From the NCBI GenBank assembly GCA_015055665.1, contig SVHX01000001.1, positions 67,873-131,872 of the forward strand: a DNA stretch of 64,000 bases, read 5' to 3'. The notes beneath the pieces were generated by a model that saw only the letters and a list, made by a program, of their open reading frames with translations, did not search any database and was not told the origin of the DNA. Each line of letters begins with the position of its first letter. Position 1 is the stretch's first letter. Of this stretch, positions 7,222 to 13,601 are shown in pieces. A program made the translations under genes and the position numbers. The stretch is from Clostridiales bacterium. Its GTDB lineage: Bacteria > Bacillota > Clostridia > Christensenellales > UBA1242.

Positions 7222-8147
7222 AACGCCTCCATACTCTCGTCTATATAATAATCTTTATTATTTTCTCTTGGTTTGCGTAGCATAAATCCGCCCCAGTCGC
7301 AGTAATAATTGAAGTCACGGAAATACTCTTTGAGAGAACTTGGCATTATAGCACTAAAGACATAGTCAATCTGCATAACTCCATTAGGATTAAGCTTGTG
7401 GTCATATAGGTCATAAAGAAGTGGTATGTATTGATTTGCAGGTACATAATCGTATATGTTAGATAGTAATATTACATCAAATTTGCCTTTTAGCTTATTA
7501 TCAAATTCAAAGACATCAGCAGTAATATAATCTACTTGATAATCTCCTTTGTGGAGAACATCCTGTAGATGGTTGTATGCCTCTTCGGTATTTGTAAAAG
7601 CTGATCCACCAATCATGGCTGAGTCTTGAATTAATTCCGAATAAAAAGACGTTGGGTTGGCGGTAAAGCTATCTTTGTCGTATTCCAGAAAGAGTCTATC
7701 CCAGAACTCTTGTGCAGGCCTTGATAAGTCTTGAGATATTCGACGATATAGACTAAGGCTAAATAATTTAAGTTGAGGTGCTTGTAAGATAGAAATAAAC
7801 TCATCATATGACAAATTTTTTATCATAGCCATCTTATATTCGGTAAACGCTCTAGTGAACTTATTGGCATCAATAAGCGTTACATCCTTTGCTCCTAAAT
7901 ACAGAGCGTTTAATAGTTGATCCCCACTAGACCCTACTGTCGCTACTCTTTTGCCTTCAAAGTCCTTTTTGTGCATGAACGCACAAAGATACTCGTTGCT
8001 AGTAATGTAACAACGATCGCGAATATCCTTAATTCTTTTGTTATAAAGATGCATATTTAATATTTGATACGTTAGATTATCTTCTTCTTCAAAGTTGTAC
8101 CAATCGTCTAGAATAATCTCAGATCTCGATTCTTCGTAATTATTCAT
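7218..8147 (-). CDS. BtaA/DUF3419-like SAM-binding Rossmann-fold protein, array copy 1 (promoter-proximal)
   Basis: 309-aa ORF with a GGGGG SD. Motifs: CYITSNE, KRVATVGSSGDQLLNALYLG, VTLIDANKFTRAFTEYKMAMIKN, ISQDLSRPAQEFWDRLFLEY, FDVILLSNIYDYV, LNPNGVMQ. The N-terminal YDYL motif is degenerate here (NFEEEDNLT). Confidence 0.85.
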   Translation of the reverse strand: MNNYEESRSEIILDDWYNFEEEDNLTYQILNMHLYNKRIKDIRDRCYITSNEYLCAFMHKKDFEGKRVATVGSSGDQLLNALYLGAKDVTLIDANKFTRAFTEYKMAMIKNLSYDEFISILQAPQLKLFSLSLYRRISQDLSRPAQEFWDRLFLEYDKDSFTANPTSFYSELIQDSAMIGGSAFTNTEEAYNHLQDVLHKGDYQVDYITADVFEFDNKLKGKFDVILLSNIYDYVPANQYIPLLYDLYDHKLNPNGVMQIDYVFSAIMPSSLKEYFRDFNYYCDWGGFMLRKPRENNKDYYIDESMEAL

Positions 8148-8182
8148 TATATACCCCCATAATCCCCATTATAGTTATATAT

Positions 8183-8211
8183 ATTATATCATATTATATA
8201 GTCAATTTCAA
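8183..8211 (-). promoter_or_regulatory. sigma-A-type promoter of the paralog array
   Basis: Minus strand reads TTGAAA (8211-8206), a 17-nt spacer, then TGaTATAAT (extended -10; hexamer 8188-8183). It lies about 35 nt upstream of the copy 1 ATG. Confidence 0.5.
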
Positions 8212-8239
8212 TAGGGTTATAAAAATTTGTATATAGCAC

Positions 8240-8267
8240 AAAAAAAGTAAGGATTGAAGCCTTACTT
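8240..8267 (-). terminator. rho-independent terminator after the deacetylase gene
   Basis: Minus strand reads AAGTAAGG-CTTCAAT-CCTTACTT followed by TTTTTTT. The hairpin overlaps the TAA stop at 8262-8264. Confidence 0.6.
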
Positions 8268-8963
8268 TAAACAATTACTAACAGTTGTAGCTGTTAAATT
8301 ATTAACTTTGTAATATTCAAGAATTAGCGGAAGTGCTTTAAGAGTATTCTCAGTAGGATGTGCAAGAACTAGATCTCCGCCTGATATATTGCTTGTAGCT
8401 CGCTTAAATATAATATTGGCATCTTTATCTCGCCAATCGATTGTGTCCTTGCTCCACATGATTGTCGAGTAACCAAGTTCGGCACAGGTATCTAGAGTTG
8501 ATTTGTTAAAGCTTCCACTTGGAGGAGCAAATAAGTTCATTTCGTAATCATGTACTACTTTGACAAGATTATGAGTTGTGTTAATCTCCTCCAAATTTTG
8601 CTCATAGCTTAGATGCTCGTGTTCTTTGTGAAAGTATCCGTGATTGCCAATTTCATGACCCCGTGATATGATTTTATCTAGCATTTCTGGCTCTTTTTCT
8701 ACCCATTGTCCACCTACAAAGAAGGTCGTCTTGACACCAAATTGATCTAATACATCAAGTATGCCATCAATATATTCTGTTCCCCAATAAACATTAAACA
8801 TAATACTTACATTAGTGCTATCTCGGTTGCCATTATATATAACATTTTCGTTATTATAGTTAAACACATACTGGTAGTTACTAGCACCTATGAAAACACA
8901 CATAAATATTAGCATACCAATAATTACAACGTTACTAAGAACTCTATAGGCTTTTAATTTCAT
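8262..8963 (-). CDS. polysaccharide deacetylase (NodB domain; YlxY/PdaB-like) with an N-terminal membrane anchor
   Basis: Contains FFVGGQW..HEIGNHGYFH..LFAPPSG..WSKDTIDW, typical NodB motifs, plus an N-terminal TM segment. It sits immediately downstream of pnp, as ylxY does in B. subtilis. Confidence 0.8.
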   Translation of the reverse strand: MKLKAYRVLSNVVIIGMLIFMCVFIGASNYQYVFNYNNENVIYNGNRDSTNVSIMFNVYWGTEYIDGILDVLDQFGVKTTFFVGGQWVEKEPEMLDKIISRGHEIGNHGYFHKEHEHLSYEQNLEEINTTHNLVKVVHDYEMNLFAPPSGSFNKSTLDTCAELGYSTIMWSKDTIDWRDKDANIIFKRATSNISGGDLVLAHPTENTLKALPLILEYYKVNNLTATTVSNCLK

Positions 8964-9024
8964 ATGTCACCTTTGCGTGTTATTACATAATAATATACTA
9001 AATCAGCTTTGTAGTTATGACTCG

Positions 9025-9061
9025 AAAAAAAGATTTAGTAGATATAATTTCTACTAAATCT
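9025..9061 (-). terminator. rho-independent terminator after pnp
   Basis: Perfect 12-bp stem AGATTTAGTAGA/TCTACTAAATCT with a 7-nt loop, followed by T7 on the minus strand. Confidence 0.75.
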
Positions 9062-9076
9062 ATAATTGTTATTTGA

Positions 9077-11173
9077 TTATTTCTCTTTTTTGTAAGTTCC
9101 AACAAGCTTTAGGTCAACTTTACCATCATTAATCTTGATTACCTCAACTTCAACGGTATCGCCAATATTAACAACGTCCTCAACCTTCTCTACTCTCTTG
9201 CTAGAAAGTTTAGAGATATGAATCATACCTTCTTTGTTAAATCCAATCTCAACAAAAGCACCAAAGTTAAGGATTCTTACAACTTTACCAGTATAGATTT
9301 TACCGATCTCAACATCTTCAGTAATAGATAGAATAATCTCTTTGGCCTTCTGTGATTTCTCAGCGTCAACGCCACAAATCATAACAAGTCCATCATCTTC
9401 GATGTCGATCTTAACGCCTGTTTCGTCAATAATCTTGTTAATCATTTTGCCACCAGAACCGATAACATCTTTGATCTTATCTGGATTAATTGTGAAAGAT
9501 ATAATCTTAGGAGCAAATGGGCTAAGTTCCTTTCTTGGCTCAGAAAGAACTTGATTCATCTTGTTCAATATAAATAGTCTTCCATCTCTAGCTCTAGAAA
9601 GTGCTTCACGCAATATCTTCTCGTCAATACCCTTGATCTTAATATCCATTTGGATAGCTGTGATACCCTTAGTCGTACCAGCAACTTTGAAGTCCATATC
9701 TCCCAAGAAGTCTTCAAGTCCTTGGATATCAGTTAGAATTGCTACCTTACCACTCTTCTCATCTTTGATAAGTCCCATTGCACAACCAGCAACTGGAGCT
9801 TTGATAGGAACGCCGGCGTCCATAAGAGCAAGTGTGCTACCACAAACAGATGCTTGAGATGTAGAACCGTTACTACTTAGAACTTCACTTACTGTACGAA
9901 TTGCATATGGGAATTCTTCTTCGCTAGGAAGAACAGGGATAAGAGATCTCTCTGCAAGTGCACCGTGTCCAATTTCTCTACGACCAGCAGATCTAAGAGG
10001 TCTAGCCTCTCCTGTAGAATATGCTGGGAAGTTGTAGTGATGCATATAACGCTTCTCTTCCTCAGTGTCTAGTCCATCAAGGATTTGAGTATCTCTTAGG
10101 CTACCAAGGGTACAAGTTGTCATAACCTGAGTTTCGCCTCTTGTGAATACGCCACTGCCATGAACTCTAGGAAGTATTCCTGCTTCACACCAGATAGGTC
10201 TAATCTCGTCAAGCTTACGGCCATCAGGTCTAACGCCTTTCTCGATAATCTTAGCACGCATTATTTCCTTCTTAACTTTGTAAAGGACGTCAAGAATCTC
10301 ACGAGTATTCTCAGGATACTTTTCGGCAAAATGCTCTATAATCTCTGCATTGGCTAACTCTTCAGCACGCTCTCTCTCGTGTCTGTCGAAGTTCTCCATT
10401 ACTTTTTCCATGATAGGATAGCCAAATTCTCTTACATCTTTCTCAAGAGTTTCATCAATTACATAATAAGGTAGATTTTCTGCCTTCTTTACGCCAAGTT
10501 CTTTGGCAATTTTCTCTTGGAAAGCAACTTGCTTCTTGATCTCTTCATGAGCGAATAAGATACCTTTAAGCATCTCTTCTTCAGATACCTCATTAGCACC
10601 AGCTTCAACCATCAAGATAGCATCTTTAGTTCCAGCAACTTTAAGATCCATTAATGACTTAGCTTGTTGATCACAAGTTGGGTTAACAATGTACTCGCCA
10701 TCAATATAAGCTACTTGACAACTTCCGGTAGGGCCAGCAAATGGAATATCACTAATAGTTAGTGCAATAGAACTAGCAAACATAGCTAGAGGCTCTGGAG
10801 CAACATCATAATCTACGCTTAATGGAGTAGCTACGACTGTTACGTCATTGAAGAATCCCTTAGGGAACAATGGTCTAAGTGGACGGTCGATAAGTCTAGA
10901 TGTAAGAATTGCCTGATCGGTTGGTCTACCCTCGCGCTTCTTAAATCCCCCAGGAATCTTACCTACTGCGTATAGTTTCTCTTCGTAGTCAACACTTAGT
11001 GGGAAGAAGTCTTGACCTGGTCTTGGCTCTTTGTTCATACAAGTATTAACCATAACCATAGTATCGCCACATTTAACAATACAATGACCATTAGTTTGGA
11101 ACGCGTATTTGCCTACTTCGACTGTAACTTCTTTGCCACCGATTTCTGTCTTAAATTCTTTATAATCGTTCAT
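9077..11173 (-). CDS. pnp: polyribonucleotide nucleotidyltransferase (PNPase)
   Basis: 698 aa with two RNase PH domains, a KH domain and an S1 domain (GKVVRILNFGAFVEI). The similarity pattern to PNPase runs the full length. Confidence 0.97.
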   Translation of the reverse strand: MNDYKEFKTEIGGKEVTVEVGKYAFQTNGHCIVKCGDTMVMVNTCMNKEPRPGQDFFPLSVDYEEKLYAVGKIPGGFKKREGRPTDQAILTSRLIDRPLRPLFPKGFFNDVTVVATPLSVDYDVAPEPLAMFASSIALTISDIPFAGPTGSCQVAYIDGEYIVNPTCDQQAKSLMDLKVAGTKDAILMVEAGANEVSEEEMLKGILFAHEEIKKQVAFQEKIAKELGVKKAENLPYYVIDETLEKDVREFGYPIMEKVMENFDRHERERAEELANAEIIEHFAEKYPENTREILDVLYKVKKEIMRAKIIEKGVRPDGRKLDEIRPIWCEAGILPRVHGSGVFTRGETQVMTTCTLGSLRDTQILDGLDTEEEKRYMHHYNFPAYSTGEARPLRSAGRREIGHGALAERSLIPVLPSEEEFPYAIRTVSEVLSSNGSTSQASVCGSTLALMDAGVPIKAPVAGCAMGLIKDEKSGKVAILTDIQGLEDFLGDMDFKVAGTTKGITAIQMDIKIKGIDEKILREALSRARDGRLFILNKMNQVLSEPRKELSPFAPKIISFTINPDKIKDVIGSGGKMINKIIDETGVKIDIEDDGLVMICGVDAEKSQKAKEIILSITEDVEIGKIYTGKVVRILNFGAFVEIGFNKEGMIHISKLSSKRVEKVEDVVNIGDTVEVEVIKINDGKVDLKLVGTYKKEK

Positions 11174-11190
11174 AATTTCTCCTTTATTTC

Positions 11191-11220
11191 AAAAAAAGCG
11201 AAAGTTTGAAATCTTTCGCT
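11191..11220 (-). terminator. rpsO terminator / pnp leader hairpin
   Basis: Minus strand reads AGCGAAAG-8 nt-CTTTCGCT followed by TTTTTTT, between rpsO and pnp. Confidence 0.6.
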
Positions 11221-11234
11221 TGGATAGATAATAA

Positions 11235-11498
11235 TTATCTAATATTTAACTTGGACTTCAATACTCTATAACCTTCAAGATTAGTTCTTTCCATGTACTT
11301 AAGTAGACTCTTTCTACGGTTAACTAATTTTAGAAGTCCTCTACGAGAATGGTTATCATTAGGGTTCTTTTTTAGGTGGTCAGTAAGCTCGTTAATTCTT
11401 GTAGAAAGAATAGCGATCTGAACTTCGCAAGAACCTGTATCCCCTTCTTTAGTAGCATAAGCTTTGATAACTTCTTGCTTTTTCTCTTTAGAAATCAT
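11235..11498 (-). CDS. rpsO: 30S ribosomal protein S15
   Basis: I trimmed the ORF start to [14 protein letters not shown] (ATG 11498, SD AGGAGAA 7 nt upstream). Contains the [29 protein letters not shown] signature. Confidence 0.95.
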   Translation of the reverse strand: MISKEKKQEVIKAYATKEGDTGSCEVQIAILSTRINELTDHLKKNPNDNHSRRGLLKLVNRRKSLLKYMERTNLEGYRVLKSKLNIR

Positions 11499-11590
11499 AA
11501 TTTTGTTCTCCTTTTTTTTTATAATTTTATTCACCTGAAACCAAGTCTTCCATTGGAGAAAATGGACAAACGTAGTCTAGGTACAATGTA

Positions 11591-11619
11591 AGTATATCAA
11601 ATATATTTCCAAATGTAAA
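11591..11619 (-). promoter_or_regulatory. sigma-A-type promoter of rpsO, followed by a ~90-nt structured leader
   Basis: TTTACA-17 nt-TGaTATACT on the minus strand. The leader contains the hairpin TCCATT-TTCTCC-AATGGA and could be an S15 autoregulatory leader; I did not verify this. Confidence 0.45.
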
Positions 11620-11681
11620 CACTTTTATTAAAAATTTTTCATCAAAATCTCATATATTTTTGTCATTAATATTTGTGTAAT

Positions 11682-12104
11682 TTACATCTCGGGACTGTTT
11701 GTGTTTAGATATTCTTCAAGGTCTTGTTTATAAGGCTCATTTTTGAATTTGTCAGACATCATTTTCCAGTAAGCACGAAGTAAGATTACATCTCTTTCGG
11801 AGAATTCGTCGTCAATAAAGACCCTACAACAGACAAAGTCATTTAATTCGATTATATTAATCTTATGATTATCTACATATTCACTAAGATTTAATCCAGT
11901 TTGATGAGCTATTTTTTTGGCAATAGCATCCATTATTGGATTATTAATCACTTTAGTGTCAAAACATCTTATATAGCACGAAGACTCATTATTTTCGCTG
12001 CAATCATTAAGATTTTCTTCCAAATCATCATCAATAACATATAATCCGTTTTCATTAAGAAAATCAAGTACTTCTTGCATGCTTAGTTTAGTAAAATATT
12101 TCAT
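11682..12104 (-). CDS. hypothetical acidic, Cys-containing protein (140 aa)
   Basis: Clean ORF with SD GGGGA and a textbook promoter upstream. I recognise no family. Confidence 0.6.
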   Translation of the reverse strand: MKYFTKLSMQEVLDFLNENGLYVIDDDLEENLNDCSENNESSCYIRCFDTKVINNPIMDAIAKKIAHQTGLNLSEYVDNHKINIIELNDFVCCRVFIDDEFSERDVILLRAYWKMMSDKFKNEPYKQDLEEYLNTNSPEM

Positions 12105-12136
12105 ATTTAATATATCCCCTACTTTTGTTTGGGAAT

Positions 12137-12165
12137 ATTATAGCATGGTAGTATACGAGTGTCAA
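12137..12165 (-). promoter_or_regulatory. consensus sigma-A promoter of the 140-aa orphan gene
   Basis: TTGACA (12165-12160), a 17-nt spacer, then TGcTATAAT (hexamer 12142-12137) on the minus strand. Confidence 0.6.
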
Positions 12166-12190
12166 TAGCAGATTTCATAATGTTGATTAA

Positions 12191-13600
12191 TTAACTAAAC
12201 AAAGCCTTCTTCTTGTCTATCATCTCATCAATTCTAGTAATATATTCGCTAATATTCTTGAGATTGGCAAATCTCTCTATCTTATTGTTGAGGCTATAAT
12301 ACCTTTTTGAGATAGCATTAGCACCACAAGCGATTATAGATGCAAATTCTTCCATGCTATCTATATTAAATATGGAAACTTTATCTCTAAAATATCCGAT
12401 ATTTTCAAGATTTCCTAGCATGTTCTTCTGCTTGTACATATAATATGGCTTGTAGCCAGCATTAATTAGCGTAGGATACGAGTATTCGATCATCTTGGAT
12501 ACGACATCTTCGGTCGAAGTTTCTCCGCCTTCAGTTTTTAGTTCGCTTCCACGCTTAATGCTTAGTGTATGAACTGTAATATTGTCTGGATAACACTCTA
12601 TTGCCTTATTAAGGCTCTTTTTAAACGTTAGAAGACTCTCTCCGCCTAGCCCTGCAATTAAATCCATATTGATGCTAAAATTATAATTAAGTGCTAGTTT
12701 GTAGGCATCTAAGATATCTTGAGATGTGTGATTTCTGCCAATTGTTTTGAGCGTTTTGTTACAAAAGGTTTGTGGATTGATACTAATTCTAGTTACATTA
12801 TGTTTTTTAAGTACGTCAAGTTTATCAGCTGTAATTGTGTCTGGTCTACCACACTCAACCGTAAATTCTGCGACGTTGTAATCTATTGCCGATAATAACC
12901 TATCCATTTGGTTAGCATCCAAAATTGTAGGAGTTCCACCGCCAATATAAATAGATTTTACAATATAATTTTTGGTTGAGATTAATTCTTTTGTTGCTGA
13001 TATTTCCTTAATTAAAGCCTCTAAATAAGGCTCGACCTGATCTCTGCACTTATCTATTGGAGCAGAGATAAACGAGCAATAATAGCACTTTGATGGACAA
13101 AATGGAATATTGATATATAAATCTACTAAATTATCATTTTTTATAATATTCTTTTGATTTTTTATTATTTCTTTAACAAGTTGTGCCTTGGCTGGGGTTA
13201 CTTTGAAGGTATCTATAAGCATATTCATAGCTTTCATGTAGTCACCACTACACTCTTTGATTAACTCATAATATAATTTTGTTGGCCTAATACCTGTCAA
13301 ACTACCCCATGGCAATATTTTATCTGGTTTAATACTTTGTAAAATGTCAAAAACAGCCAGTTTTGCGTATCTTTTTAGATATCTATCCGGAAAATTTCTA
13401 TCAACAATTTTATCTTCCCTATTTACTTTGCAATCATTATAATTACAAGTTGCATGAGTAGAAATTGAGTCACCTTTGACATCCTGATCAATACAAATTT
13501 CATAATCTAAATCGTTTATTTCTTCCTCGCAAAAGAATAATTTGACAACCAAATTAAGTTCGTCTATTAACTTTTCGTTACTTGAAATAATGTTTATCAT
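12191..13600 (-). CDS. radical SAM protein, HemZ/HemN-like (oxygen-independent coproporphyrinogen dehydrogenase family)
   Basis: Contains the CPSKCYYCSF CxxxCxxC motif and GGGTPT. I trimmed the start to MINIISSNEKL (ATG 13600), 1 nt after the rel stop. Confidence 0.7.
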   Translation of the reverse strand: MINIISSNEKLIDELNLVVKLFFCEEEINDLDYEICIDQDVKGDSISTHATCNYNDCKVNREDKIVDRNFPDRYLKRYAKLAVFDILQSIKPDKILPWGSLTGIRPTKLYYELIKECSGDYMKAMNMLIDTFKVTPAKAQLVKEIIKNQKNIIKNDNLVDLYINIPFCPSKCYYCSFISAPIDKCRDQVEPYLEALIKEISATKELISTKNYIVKSIYIGGGTPTILDANQMDRLLSAIDYNVAEFTVECGRPDTITADKLDVLKKHNVTRISINPQTFCNKTLKTIGRNHTSQDILDAYKLALNYNFSINMDLIAGLGGESLLTFKKSLNKAIECYPDNITVHTLSIKRGSELKTEGGETSTEDVVSKMIEYSYPTLINAGYKPYYMYKQKNMLGNLENIGYFRDKVSIFNIDSMEEFASIIACGANAISKRYYSLNNKIERFANLKNISEYITRIDEMIDKKKALFS

Positions 13601-13601
13601 A

